Shown here: piece after piece, positions 15,100-28,403 of the stretch | Numbering within the stretch: position 1 is the first letter of the stretch | Layout of the letters: each line of letters opens with the position of its first letter | Assembly (NCBI GenBank): GCA_009914755.4 | Contig: CP068257.2 | Span: forward strand, 27,008,001 to 27,072,000 | Direction: 5' to 3' | DNA length: 64,000 nt | Source of the DNA: the human T2T-CHM13v2.0 reference genome, Homo sapiens | Made by a program: the position numbers and the translations under genes | Notes under the pieces: generated by a model | Database searches by the model: none | What the model was told of the DNA's origin: nothing | The model's input: the letters and a program-made list of their open reading frames with translations, nothing else

Positions 15100-16700
15100 A
15101 ATACTGAAGAGATTATAGCTTTCTATTTATTAGATCCTTTTTAAATTTTTCTCAATAATGTGTTGTAGTTTTCTGTATAGAGGTTTTGCACAACTTTTAA
15201 TAGACTTATTCCTGGTATTCAGTATTTTTATATTATTGTTCATGGTATTATTTTTAACTTTTAATCTTTCATTTGTTTTTTTCTAGAGTGTAAAATAAAA
15301 CTGATCAAGCTGAAATACAATGACTTTGCTAAACTCACAAATCAATTCTCATAATTTATCACTTAATTTTTGGATTTTTCTACCTAAAACTTAATATCAT
15401 CTGTGAATAATTATAATTTTGTTAATCTTTATAGTTTTTACTTCTTTTTATTGCCTTCTGGAAATGATAAAAAAACTTCCACTAACATGTTGAACAGTAA
15501 ATTGGGCAAGCTTTACTTGTTCCTAATCTCAAAGGCAAAGTTCTTACTATTTTACTTTTACATAAAATGTTAGCTGGAGGATTTGGGGTAACTCTTCTTT
15601 ATCAGATTGTGAATTTTTTCTATATAAACTATCTATACTAAGAATTTTTAATCATAAATTTTCTCAAATTATTTTATATATTTATAATATTTTTATCTTT
15701 TGTTTTTTAATGTGATGGACTACATTGGTTTATGATCAAATTTTAAACTAATCTCGCATTCCTAGAACATAAAAAAACTTAATTGTGGTGTAATATATTG
15801 TTATATTTGGTTAGTGATTATTTTGTTTAGGAGTTTTGGACCATTGTTAATATGTGAGATTGTCCTGTAATTTTTCTTCCTTTGTCTGGTTTTAAAATCA
15901 AAGTTTGGAGAACATCATAAAATGAGATGGCTGATTGTTCCCCTATTACTATTTTTTGGAAGAATTTGTAAATGATGGCCATTAAGCCTTTTTAAAAAAT
16001 GGGACAGAACTCAATAGTGAAGCTATGTGAGCCTGAAGTTATCTTTGAACGAAGTATTCAAATATGAACCAATTGTTTAATACTTAAAGAACCACTTACA
16101 TACTCTACTTTTTTAAGGCCAGTTTGGTAAATTTTTTTCTAGAAATAGGTCCATTTCTTCTAAATTTCCAAGTTTATTGGACTTGGGTTGTTAAAAATAT
16201 CTTACCTTTCTCATCTCTATCAGTTCTATGGTTATTTACTGACATTATTTGTGCCTTCTCTATTTTTTCCTCATCATTCTTCCCAGGAGCTTACCAACTT
16301 TATTAATCCTTCAAAATAACTAATTACTGGCTTTGTATTTTCTTCTATCTTTGATGTCTAATTAATTTATGGTATCTTTCTGATTTTCTAAAGTTTCTGC
16401 CATCTTCGTATTTCACTTTTTGTTCTTTTTCTAACTTCTTGAGCTGGACACATAAATTTCTAATTGCACCTTCATCTTTTCTGAAATATTTAGTTAAGGC
16501 TCTAAATGTTCCTCTAAGGACTACTTTATTTATAACTACTTTATTTATGCAATATTTCACTATAATTTTATCATATCATTAATTTTTAAATATATGGGAT
16601 TTTAACAGCACTGTGATCAGAGAAACTATATTTTTCAATTTTGTGATTATGCTAATGACTAAAAGTGCTAGGTTTTGCTGTCTCTGTCTTAACATCAGCA
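15100..16700 (-). mobile_element. Ancient L1 (L1M-like) fragment, possible
   Basis: AT-rich stretch whose phrasing (ttctagaaataggtccatttcttctaaatttccaagtttattggacttgggttgttaaaaatatc, ctgattttctaaagtttctgccatcttc) resembles the antisense strand of old L1 ORF2/3' regions. Not verifiable without alignment. Confidence 0.35.
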
Positions 16701-16904
16701 ATGAAAATAACATATATATGTATGCAAATATATATATATATATGTTCTCTTTTCTTGAGGAAGCTCATGCTGAGTCTCTTGTATTTCATTTCCTGGTTCT
16801 AATGAAGTTCTTTTACTCATATTTCCCCTCCACCTTAAGAACTCTTCATTCCTCTAGCCCAGCACTCTCTGATGGAACTTTACGTGATGACAGAAACGTT
16901 CTGT

Positions 16905-17075
16905 ATCTCCACTGTCCAATACAGTAGCCAGTAGCCACGTGTGGCTATTGAGTGCTTGAAATGTGACTAGTGTAACTGAGAAACAGTTTTTATATTTTAT
17001 TTATGTTTAATTAACTAAATTTACATCTAAGTAACCAAAGTGAGTAGAAGCTACCACATTGAACAGCACAAGTGG
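16905..17075. repeat. Ancient MER-type interspersed repeat, probably DNA-transposon derived
   Basis: cagtagccagtagccacgtgtggctattgagtgcttgaaatgtgactagtgtaactgag...taaatttacatctaagtaaccaaagtgagtagaagctaccacattgaacagcaca. This is the classic gtagccac(a/g)tgtggctat palindromic consensus seen in a widespread mammalian repeat. Exact family name not recalled. Confidence 0.4.
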
Positions 17076-17674
17076 AATCATCCCATTCTCTCTCTGTTAG
17101 TTAGGATGTAGTCAGGAAGAAGTTATTTGAACAGAGAGAAAGTACCATAAATAATTGTTAACTAAGTATACATTTTGTTAATTAGAGAAAAAGAGAGACT
17201 CTAAGGCATCACAGAAGTGGCAACTGGGTGAAGCAACTGTCATCTCTAGAGCTGAGGGAAGGAAATAAACAATCTGAAATATTAAACTTAGAAGCTTGGG
17301 GAAGAGGCCCATGAAGCAGGAGCAGATCTCTGAAAGGGAAATGAGGGTGGGCGGGAGAGGGTCACGCTGATACGTGTAAACTGTACACTACAAGCTGTAT
17401 TCAGCTTGTCACATCCTGAAAGAATTGCTGCTGCCAAGCTGAAGGAATGTTGCTGATGCCCCACTGATAGACTTTTGCTCTCACAGGAACCAACTGGAAG
17501 GAGCAGGTTTGTCATCTGCCTCCAGTCATGCAGCCTCCCTCTTTCCCCCTCCGCTGGCTGAGTCTAACAGGAAGCATTTCACAAAGCAAAAAGGTGGCTT
17601 TCAGAGTCCAGGTCCAGGCACCATGAAGCCAATCACAGAAGGGTGTGTTCAAAGTTAAGAACCCAAAACCAACT

Positions 17675-18052
17675 AATATGGTTTGGCTGTGTCCCCACCC
17701 AAATCTCATCTTGAATTGTAGTTCCTATAATTCTCGTGTGTCGTGGGAGGGACCCAGTGGGAGGTAATTGGATCGTGGAGATGGTTACTCCCATGCTGCT
17801 GTTCTCGTAATAGTGAGTGACTTCTTATGAGATCTGATGATTTTATAAGGGGCTTTTCCCTCTTTTTCTCTGCACTTCTCCTTCTTGCCATCATGTGAAG
17901 AAGGACGTGCTTGCTACCCTTCCACCATGACTGTAAGTTTCCTGAGGCCTCCCCAGCCTTGCAGAACTGTGAGTCAATTAAACTTCTTTCCTTTATAAAT
18001 TACCCAGTCTCAGGTATGTCTTTATTAGCAACATGAGAACAGACTGATACAC
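17675..18052 (+). mobile_element. MaLR solo LTR (THE1/MST-like)
   Basis: taatatggtttggctgtgtccccacccaaatctcatcttgaattgtag...gtgggagggacccagtgggaggtaattgg...gaggcctccccagccttgcagaactgtgagtcaattaaacttctttcctttataaattacccagtctcaggtatgtctttattagcaacatgagaacagactgatacac matches the THE1/MST LTR consensus end to end. Confidence 0.8.
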
Positions 18053-20101
18053 CGACATACTCTCTTATCTGTTTCTCCATTCTCCCCTCCTCTTGCTTTC
18101 CCCAAGCCCAATCTTAACTGCTCCCTAAGAGAAAAAGCATACCTCTGAGAACCTTCCAGCACCTCCAGCACTGATCCAGTTTCTTAGATCTTTGTTTCAA
18201 CTTCAGTGGGAGATAAAGGAGAGAAATAATCTCTCAATGGAGAGTGAAAAAACGAGAAGAGAATACACAAAGAATAATCTGATGTAAAGATATAACTCTA
18301 CCATGCTGTTTTCATATTTTGATAAAGACGCTGGAAGAAAGACATAATTTCCTACTAAAAGAGAAATGAGAAAGTGCAATGATAAGTGTAGTGAAGTCAC
18401 AGAAACAAGTAGGGACTGTGGAGGACACATGCCTGTCTAAAGAGGGCAGCAGCCATCCAGCCAGCCTGGGACTGCAGTGCGGTAATGTGAGCCCAGTGTT
18501 CCCAGATCTCCTAATTTTTTGAGAGATGCCAGAAATCTGGATTTTTATGTGAAAGCATCCAATTTCATAATGTTGGCTCAGGAAAGTTTTAAACATTGTA
18601 CCAGCCAAATGAAACACTGCGATGGGCCAAATCCAGCCTGTGGGCCATGGTTTGGGACTTCTGCAGTGCAGCATGTGGACAAAAGGGGCTCTGCAGCAAT
18701 GATATATGGACCTCAACTATCCCATCACATGGCCCATCGGCAAGAACAGACTAGTTCAACATTAGGTGCCAACTTTAATTTTAATGCAATGTTGGTTACT
18801 TGGGATGGGTTTCTTTTTGTTGCTGTTTCTGTTGTTTCTCTCTGTCTTTTTTGTTATTGTCATTGATGACGTTAGGACAAAGTCCGTCTAACCTAGCACT
18901 GTCAGCCACTACCATGATCACTCACTTCAATGTGGAGTTAATTTAAAATGAACACTTTGGAGGAAATAAATTGTATAAATGAAACATATAATCATTATTC
19001 TGAGGGTTTGGCATTTACTTCAAGAGAGCGGGCATCTCTTTAGTTTGTAAGAGCAAGAGTCCATCAGCGGGACATGTAGTTGAATATGCAAACTGAAGGC
19101 AAATTGAAATAGACTAACACCGATGTATATACATACATACGCATTGTACATATAGTATGCTCATATATAAAGCTTCATTGTCTTTGGCAAAAACTTTTTT
19201 ACAGCTCTATTACAAAACAATAAAGTATATTGCAAAATAAAACGTGTAGACATTAAAACTGGAATTAGTTTTATATGTGTTTACATTTGTCAAATCTTTT
19301 AGTAAGTTCTTTGATGCTTGATTCTTTCATTTGTTTGAGTATAAGAAAATCTTTTACCCATATGGAAGCTTTACACATATTCCTAAGCCACATGGAATAG
19401 ACACTTTGACTTGTATGCAAAAGATTTGTGGTCTTTGCAAAGCCATTATAATTTCTCTTTTGGTACAATTGAAACCATAAATAAATATATGTACATGCAT
19501 TGTATAAATTGTGTCATATGTTTCTGGGTATCTTACTTGCTCTTATTCTAGAAAAATAAATCACTACATAGGCCCACACTTTGAAGGAGCAGTGGATTTT
19601 ATCAAATACAATATTTCTCTTTCTTCTTTCTCTACCTTCACCCAACTCAAATTAGCACTTTACTTACACTACCATCAACCATCTGTACTACAGTTTATTC
19701 TTATAAAATAGGGATAGTGCAGAGTATTGAAAGCATGACTTTTTCCTCCTAAAACTTTGCCTTTTAAAAAATATATATATATTGTAAGCTAAAGAGAAAA
19801 GATAATCACTCTACTAGAATTCTAGCAGACTATACCTTCAGGTCCTTCTCTATGTGCACTACATTTGAAATAATTCCTGCATGCTTCAGTCTCTAATAAT
19901 AATTATTTCACAGGTTGAAATGCTCAGAAAGGAAAATAAATTAGACCTTTAGATTACAGTAGCATTACTATATGATTAATAAATGCTAGTTTTTGATACT
20001 CAAGAGGGGTAGATTTTGTTCAGAAGATTACTTTGGTTTTAAAAATTAATATTTATTATAAGTTAAAAGTTTGTAAGACTAATTCACTCCTAAGCTTTTC
20101 A

Positions 20102-20458
<357 letters not shown>

Positions 20459-20497
20459 GATTAATTTATAAACACATTTGAAAACTTATTTATATTT

Positions 20498-20567
20498 CTT
20501 TTTTTTTTTTTTTTTTTTTTTTACTTTTTAATTTTCTTTTTTTTTTTTTTAATTTTTTTTTTTTTTT
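20498..20567. repeat. Interrupted poly-T tract (complement of an L1 poly-A tail)
   Basis: About 70 bp of T with a few a/c interruptions, directly abutting the inverted L1 3' tip at 20568. Confidence 0.9.
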
Positions 20568-21029
20568 ATTATAGTCTAAGTTTTAGGGTACATCACACTC
20601 TGGGGACTGTGGTGGGGTCGGGGGAGGGGGGAGGGATAGCATTGGGAGATATACCTAATGCTAGATGACACGTTAGTGGGTGCAGCGCACCAACATGGCA
20701 CATGTATACATATGTAACTAACATGGCAATCATTAAAAAGTCAGGCAACAACAGGTGCTGGAGAGGATGTGGAGAAATAGGAACACTTTTACACTGTTGG
20801 TGGGACTGTAAACTAGTTCAACCATTGTGGAAGTCGGTGTGGCGATTCCTCAGGGATCTAGAACTAGAAATACCATTTGACCCAGCCATCCCATTACTGG
20901 GTATATACCCAAAGGACTATAAATCATGTTGCTATAAAGACACATGCACACGTATGTTTATTGCGGCACTATTCACAATAGCAAAGACTTGGAACCAACC
21001 CAAATGTCCAACAATGATAGACTGGATTA
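20568..21029 (+). mobile_element. Rearranged young-type L1 3' fragment: inverted extreme 3' tip, then 3'UTR segment (+), then ORF2 C-terminal segment (+)
   Basis: 20568-20593 tattatagtctaagttttagggtacat is the reverse complement of the L1 3' terminus atgtaccctaaaacttagactataata. 20594-20722 cacactctggggactgtggtggggtcgggggaggggggagggatagcattgggagatatacctaatgctagatgac...gtaactaac is a plus-oriented 3'UTR segment of the L1HS/L1PA2 type. 20723-21029 atggcaatcattaaaaagtcaggcaacaacaggtgctggagagg...ccaacaatgatagactggatta is plus-oriented ORF2 C-terminal coding that lies upstream of that 3'UTR segment in L1. ORF 20702-21040 translates to an L1 ORF2p C-terminal peptide about 97% identical to the one at 37540-37845. 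Confidence 0.85.
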
Positions 21030-24000
21030 TATTTCTTTAAATATTTTAAGTTGCATTTATATATTTGGGTACTTCATTGTCCATTTTTTAAAAAAAATAG
21101 CCTTGCCAACTGCTTATGTAATTCTTCTCTATAAAATAAACTTATAAATCTGAGGGACATCAATTTCTCTTACATTTTCTAATATTATTAATAAACTTCT
21201 GTCTTGACCTTAAAATCACAATTCTAAATTGATTATGCATGATGCATATTTTAAATTAGAATCTATTTCTAACATTGCAAATGGTCCTCAACTTAGGACC
21301 TACGTTGTTCCCTCATGTCCCTGGACTTTTGAGTTTGTTTCCATTTGTCTCAGCTTTGAAAGGAAGCAGATTGGAAGGAAGGAAGATTTCTTCTTACTCT
21401 GTCTCCCATTTATCTTTTCTTCGGTATTTAGGAAAATGTGTGACTTTGGTGAGAAATTTACAGAATTTATTTTCTCATTTAATCATTAGATTCCCTTTGC
21501 AGTATACATTTAAGATTCTTTAAAGTAGTTGTCTGTTCAATTTTTACTATACACTTAATACTAGAAAAGGAGTTTAGGTTGCTAATACATGCCTTTGGAG
21601 AATCCAACATGCAAACAAGAAAATATACACTTCTGGCAATGTGGTCTTCTTCAGTTTGGCAGATAAATAGACTTAGCACTTTCAGAATATCAAACTAGTT
21701 TCACACCATGTTGAAGAGAGACATGAATGATTAGATGATTAGATCTACTACTGGAAACAGTTAAGAATCTGTCCTCCACTTAATCATTAATAACAGAGGA
21801 GGGCAGGTTTTCCTATAGATTTGTAATATATTTGCCTAGATTGGAGCAAAAGGTAGAAGGGTAATAAATAGCTTAGCAGCTTTTTTGGAATTAGATATCT
21901 CTTGATATATATAAATCCTGTTTAACCACTCATCTAACCATAATGTGTTCTGAGGAAAGACTAGAAAATATAGTCGTTAGTTCTCATCTGGTCACTTGGA
22001 CTTACTATACAAAAGACAGAGAAATTCATTTCAGAGATTTCTATATTATGGGAACAAATAGAAAAAACTAGTTGTTATGCAGTAATCTGAAAGTATTTTT
22101 TCTTCAAAGAAACAGAAGTCATGAGGTATGGAGCCCAGGACAACAGAATTTGGAATCATAAAACTATGGCTCAAATGTTGGTTCTATCACCTAGCTATGC
22201 AACTTTGTAAAGACCTAATCATCTTGTTCGTAAAGGAAGATAATAATTTTCCTGTAGACTTGTTATTAGAAATAAAGATAATATATATAAAATGTCTCAG
22301 AGTAGGTCCTGATGAAATATATGCTCTTATTTTACATAATTTTTAAATTGCTATTTCTCCCTGTGCGAGCTGTATCTCATTGTCATGAACTCATGGAATA
22401 TATAAACATGTGTTGTTTTGACAGATTTTTATTCCAATGATGTGCTTTGCTAAAAAGTATATAATCCACCATCAGGTTTCTGGGTTAAAGTGAAATGAGA
22501 AGCCATAATTTGTGTTTCTTTGATGAAAGAATTAGAATATGGGAAAAAAGTATTCTAAACCAAAACTATGAGAATGGGGGAAAGAGAGAATAAAGAAGCA
22601 AATATTGCAGCAGATTGTCCTTCACTCTCAAGAATGTGTCGAATACACATTTTGCTTCTGAAATCTGGAATCTTTCTGCTCTAGGTGGAAATCAGACTGC
22701 TTTTCTAGGAGTATTTATGTTGTTTCATGATGTGATTATTTCACATTGCATCATTGCATGCCTCTATCAAAACATCTCATGTAACTCATAAAATATACAC
22801 CTACTATGCACCTACAGAAGTTAAAAATAAAAAGTTACAAAAGTAAAAGAGGGTGAAATTCATTTAAAAACACTATTCTAGAGGCAACAACAGAGGGGTC
22901 AAGGAAACAAGTTCTGAAATCCATCTTCTCATTGGTATGGCCTCCTAGCTGTGGGATCTGAGTTACGAATGTGTGATCCTTTGTGATCCTTCAAGTAAGG
23001 TTAATAATAATCACTACCTCATAGAGTTGTTGGGAGTATTAAATGAATTAATACATGGAAAGTGTTCAGGATGGCACCTGGCATATACTAATATTTATTA
23101 AGTATTCATTGTTATTACTGCTAATCAACCCAACAGCAAACGAGAAAAAACTCGTACTCTGTCTGGGAAACACAGAAGTCCTTTGGGGGAAAATTTAGTA
23201 TCAAGAACAATCCTGAGAGTGTTCTAGGTCCTGGTCAAATCTCGTTATAAGCCAATTTTCCCCCTTTTCAGCATTTTCAACCAGGTTAAGTCAAATTAGA
23301 ACAAACATTAAAGATAACCTTAAATAAGGCACTAAAGGCATCTTGAAATCTAACAGAAATGTGGAAAAAGGAATTTAGAGTACCATATTTTATCCCAGTT
23401 TTGCTGTGCTGTTATTGGATGTATCTTTCAGCTTTTGCTGCAATAATGCTGCATAAGAAGCAATACCAAAATCTCATTGACTTATAACAACTGAAATTTG
23501 TTTGTCACACATGGATCTGTGAGGTAGCCATGGTGACTATGCTCCAGGCTATATATCTGGTTCCTGTTCCTCAGTCTAAGACTTATAACATCGCTCAAAG
23601 GCTGATGCAGCTGTAGCCACCTAAAGAAGTTTTTATCATGGCAGAGGGAAGGAACACAAGAGAAAAAAAGCAACGACATAAACAAATTGAAAACCTTATT
23701 TGAACAGGAAGTAGGTCACTTCTGCTCACATTTCATTGACCAAAATAAATCACATGACCAGGTCCAATAGCTATGTAACAAGGAAGTACATGCCTCCTGT
23801 GCTGGTATGGTCGAGGGCAGTATTTGCTGAACAATAATACAATCAATCACACTTGCCAAACTACCAGGGTTCCATCCATCAAATTCAAGACATATACTGA
23901 CCACTTCAATTAACCGTGTATTAGTGATATAGGTCTCAAATGTTGAAGAGCATCAAAATCACCTGGGGAAATTGTTAAAAAGTATAAATGACCTGGCCTT

Positions 24001-24242
24001 CCCACAGTGATTCTAATGTAATGCATTTGAGGATGGGACCTAGGATCTGTATTGTTACCAATCTCATCAATAATCCCATCATACACCAAAGTTTGAGAAT
24101 CACTGGTTTGCAGAAAGCTATGCCTAGAGATTAGGACAAGTCACTATTCAGAGCAGGTGCCTACTTTTTGACTTGCTGTCCCAGGGAAGAAGGGAAGATG
24201 ACACAACAACATTCCCACTTGTAGAAAGAAGAGAATAAACTG

Positions 24243-24524
24243 GGCTGGGTGCAGTGGTTCATGCCTGTAATCCAGCACTTTGGGAGGCCAAGGTGGGCCA
24301 ATCACTTGAGGTCAGGAGTTTGAGACCATCCTGGTCAACATGGTGAAACCCTGTCTTTACCAAAAATACAAAAATTAGCCAGATGTGGTGGTACACATAT
24401 GTAATCCTAGCAACTCGGGAGGGTGAAGCAGGAAAATCTCTTGAACCCAAGAGGCGGGGGCTGCAGTGAGCCGAGATCACACCACTGCACTTCAGCCTGG
24501 GTGACAGAGTGAGACTCAAAAAAG
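24243..24524 (+). mobile_element. Alu SINE with target-site duplication
   Basis: ggctgggtgcagtggttcatgcctgtaatccagcactttgggaggccaagg...cactgcacttcagcctgggtgacagagtgagactcaaaaaa. TSD (a)ag(g)aagagaataaactg at 24226-24242 and 24522-24539. Confidence 0.95.
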
Positions 24525-25796
24525 GAAGAGAATAAACTGAAGTTTCTGATGGATTGGATGTTGGCTCCCAATTATTTCCCCTCTGTGTTTTCATATCTTT
24601 GCCATTTGACTTTGCAGTTCCTCCCACTGTTTCCCTACCTTGTGGTTAGACTTAACCATGTGACTCACTTGGCCAGTGAGATGTGGGCGAAGTAACAGAG
24701 TGCCAGTTCCAAGCTTAAACCGTGTTCCTGCTTACCCTCTTGATCTGTACCTTGAGAACAGCTTTTCCTGGTAGCTGCTGCCAGTCCAGACAGGACCCCA
24801 GAGTTACACATTGACCAGCCTAAGCCCAAGCAAGAAGCCAAGCCCAGCTGGACCCAACTTGAATCAGAGCTTTTTAGCCAAGAGCAGTTAGATCAATCCA
24901 TCTCCATATGAAATCCATACACATGAAAGAAAAACTGATTGCAATTTTGAGCCAATGGATTTGGGGGTGACTTGTCACTCAGCAAAAGCTAACTCATAAC
25001 CTCTCCCCAGTTTTAGCATTATTTGGGTAGCAGGAGTGGGAACTCATGCTCCCTACATTGAAAAGGGGCTCAGACTTTAAGCAAAATAATTTTCCTAATT
25101 TTATGAAACATTAAGGATATATACTACTAGGAAGTATTCTCATCTGAATTCACAGTGTGTCATTTATTTGAATATACCTGAAGAACGAAGCATATGAATG
25201 TAGAAGAGTGAAATAAGAGAAAATAGGAATATTTAGGTCATATAACAGCATCATTTTTTTTTTCAAAATAGAAACAGATTGTTGTACAGAATCCAGCAAT
25301 CCTGGTGGAAATACTCTGCAATGGAAGCATGTTTTCCATTAACTTAAATATTGTGTTAACCTCAATCAAAAATATACTTTCTTAAACTAAATACAGAATT
25401 TATAGTTTTGAGAAACAGAGCCTACAGTCTAAATGGGCAAAGGAACTGATGCAAATGACTCTGTCCCACATGATTAAAAATATTCTTAGTTTTATTTTGT
25501 AAAAATGAAATTAAAACCTAAAATAGAATTTATTCTGTCACTCAACCAAACATTTAGCCATGTGTGGTATCTTTTACATCTCCAGAGTCCATTTTCTTTT
25601 CTCATTGCTGTGTACTGTCTTGAGGCCATAAGGACACGGTTTCTCTCTATTCAATAAAACTACTCAAGAAAAACTTCTCACACACAGACAGCCTCTATCA
25701 TCTCAAGACTCTTGGAGGCTGACATTGCAAGGCAGATCTTTCTACTAAGCTAGTGAATCTGAGAAGTATTGTCAGAGCTCTGTCCTGTTAGAAAGT

Positions 25797-26169
25797 GTAT
25801 TAGTCCGTTTTCACACTGCTACAAAGAACTTCCCTGAGACTGGGTAATTTATAAAGCAAAGAGGTTTAATTGACTCACAGTTCCACATGGCTGGGGAGGC
25901 CTCAGGAAACTTACAGTTGTGGCGGAAGGCTAAGGAGGCATGTCTTACATGGCAGCAGGCAAGAGAGAGCATGTGAAAAAGGAACTGTCGAATGCTTATA
26001 AAACTGTCAGATCTTGGTGTGAACTCTCTCACTATTACAAGACAGCATGGGAGGAACCACCCTCATGATCCAATCACCTCCCACCAAGTCCTTCCTTCGA
26101 CACATGGGGATTATGGGGATTACAATTTGAGATGAGATTTGGTTGGGGACACAGAGTCAAACTATATCA
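25797..26169 (-). mobile_element. MaLR solo LTR (THE1/MST-like), minus orientation
   Basis: tgtattagtccgttttcacactgctacaaagaacttccctgagactgggtaatttataaagcaaagaggtttaattgactcacagttccacatggctggggaggcctcagg...ggggattacaatttgagatgagatttggttggggacacagagtcaaactatatca is the reverse complement of the THE1/MST LTR consensus. Confidence 0.8.
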
Positions 26170-28099
26170 AAGAAAGTGATGCAACAGGTAATATATTGTA
26201 TATCTGAGTTGCACTCTGGGCTTTTGGGCTTAATGGGAGTGTCTTGCTATGAAGAAGAAAGATGTATGGAACAAGGAGGGGCAAGAGCCTTCACGGGAGG
26301 CTCAGGCCTCAGAGACTGCAGCCAGCTTTGGATCTTGCCTGTGATCCATGTATTTCTCCTGTACTTCATCTTTGCCTTTTGAGGGACCAAACAAATGTGG
26401 AAACTTAATCACGTCTTCGAAAGAAAGTGAGAACAGGCAGTGGTGGGAGAGAAGCAGTGCACTGTTGGAAGAAAGAGTAAAGGTCCAAATAAATCCTGTC
26501 TGAAAACCCAAGGTAATAAAGTGGGCCCTAATCATGAGAGGAAGATTTCAGGTTAACGCTACCATGCATCCTCCTTTTGCAGGCAACCTCTTCCTCTGGC
26601 TGCTAGAAAAGGAAGAATCCTCTTCATATATCCAGCCTTAGAGGTGAGCAAAGACCAACTCTGTATTCATTTGACATGAAATCAAACATTTCTGGGACTA
26701 GAAGAAGTGATTTCCCAGCCCAGAAGACTATGATGATAAATACAACCTGGATTACTGCAGTGTGGTAGGAGTGGGGTGGGCAAATAACCTGGTGTTTATA
26801 ACGTGTTTAGAAGACTCAGAGTGCTTGATGCTAATTCCCAAGAAGCTGAGTTTCGTATAGCAATGCCAGGGATATCATCATTCCATAAATCTCGTTTACA
26901 CCCTTAGTCACTAGGAAGCTTGGCTTTTTTATTACATCTGACGGTTGCTTCCACAATCATAAACATGATCCTCTGAATCATTTCCACTCTTTGAAAATGT
27001 TAGTTTTAATGTCACACGTAAATTCTGCCATAGCACTAATATTCACAATTTAATTTGCAAAACCTTTAATCCAATATATGGTCTCCCCTATCATTTCGCT
27101 GGAAAACAGAAAATTGTGAAATTCTGTGACTTATTCACTCTACAGTGGAGCAGAACAACTCAAGACCCATCAATCACATGACCAGTCATAGGCAAGTTTA
27201 AAGTACACGTTGTTTTTCAATCACCAGAGCACATTAGATAGTAGGCTCTTTTGCAAAGCAAACTCCCAAAAAAAGAAACATAGGCTTAAATAGTTATCAT
27301 TCTCATTAAACATTTGTCTAGTTCTCTCTTCACTTGAAACAGATGTTAAATCATTTGGAACTTCCCTTTGCTGAGTCCTGTCCTCCACAGAGGCTTGTTC
27401 TCTGTCTCTTTCTCACCCTCTGTCTTCCTCAGGTTAACAACTGCCCCAAGTACCAATCTATAAGGGATACTGCCTATCACTGGGTGTTAAATTTCCACTG
27501 GAAATTTAAGATGTAGAAAATGGTATTGACCATAATATTTTCCAAGGAGAGGACTGCATATGTTTACAAAGAGAGCTTTAAGTCATTTGTAGCCAAAAAG
27601 ACTCTTGAGGTGAATCCTAGAATTGCAAATAAATGTTTGCTCCTCTGCCCTGTCAGAAATGTGCAAGGCTCCTGTTTGGTAGAAAAGAACATGCAAGTTT
27701 TGGGGCCTGAGCTGAATTTCTCCATTAATAGAGAAGAAAGCGGGCTCTCCAGGAGGTGGTCTTTCTCCTCTTGTTCCCCAACCAGTGTACACCCCTCCTT
27801 TAAATTAAATGTAGAGAGAATATTTAAAGACAATGGTTTAAGGTGGTGCTGTATTAGTAGGCTATCCAAGACACTTGTATGACTCAAAGCAACCAAATGC
27901 CCTGCTCTTTTTCTCTTCTTGACGCTGCTCTCTCTTTCCATTTTTCTTGACTTGTTTTAATTTAAAAATTAAAAATGTAATTCTTCCCTCACAGATGTGA
28001 GCTAAGTCTCAGCTCTTCCTTTTATCTCCCAACTCCTGATTCAACTAAGCAAACAAAAAATACCTTCCTTTTCTATTCTTCCTTCTACATGATAAACGC

Positions 28100-28403
28100 A
28101 AAAAGAAGGAAGGCAGAGAGAGAGAGAAAGAAAAAAAATAAAAAAAGAGAGAAAGAAAAAGAAAGAGAAAGAAAGAAAGAAAGAAAGAAAGAGAAAGGAG
28201 AGAGGGAGGGAGGAAGGAAAGAAAGAAAAGAGAAGAGAGAGAAAGAGAGAGGGAGGAAGGAAGAAAGAAAGGAAGGAAGCAAAGAAGGAAGGAGGGAAGG
28301 AAAGAAAAAGAGGAAGGAAGGAAGGAAGGGAGGGAGAGAGGGAGGGGAAGGGAGAGAAAGAAAAACAGAAAGAAGAAAGGATGAAAGGGGGAAGAAAGAA
28401 AGA
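28100..28403. repeat. Polypurine GA-rich compound microsatellite (GAAA)n/(GGAA)n/(GA)n, ~300 bp
   Basis: The top strand is purine-only for about 300 bp (agagagagagagaaagaaaaaaaataaaaaaagagagaaagaaaaagaaagagaaagaaagaaagaaagaaag...ggaaggaaggaaggaagggagggagagagggaggggaagggagag). The three overlapping ORFs at 28041-28445 are low-complexity artefacts. Confidence 0.97.

Noticed and set aside
16920-16960. Palindrome tagccacgtgtggcta containing a CACGTG E-box, possible regulatory hairpin
   Set aside because: The palindrome is part of the consensus of a widespread ancient MER-type repeat. Its presence reflects the repeat copy, not a locus-specific regulatory site.
18312-18866. Overlapping 134-aa (minus) and 115-aa (plus) ORFs in apparently unique sequence
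   Set aside because: No start context or splice-site pairing and no codon-usage signal. ORFs of about 100 aa are expected by chance in 64 kb. No support for an exon.
20702-21040. 112-aa ORF with a Cys/Trp-rich sequence ([25 protein letters not shown])
   Set aside because: It is the L1 ORF2p C-terminal domain within a truncated, rearranged L1 fragment, about 97% identical to the copy at 37540-37845.
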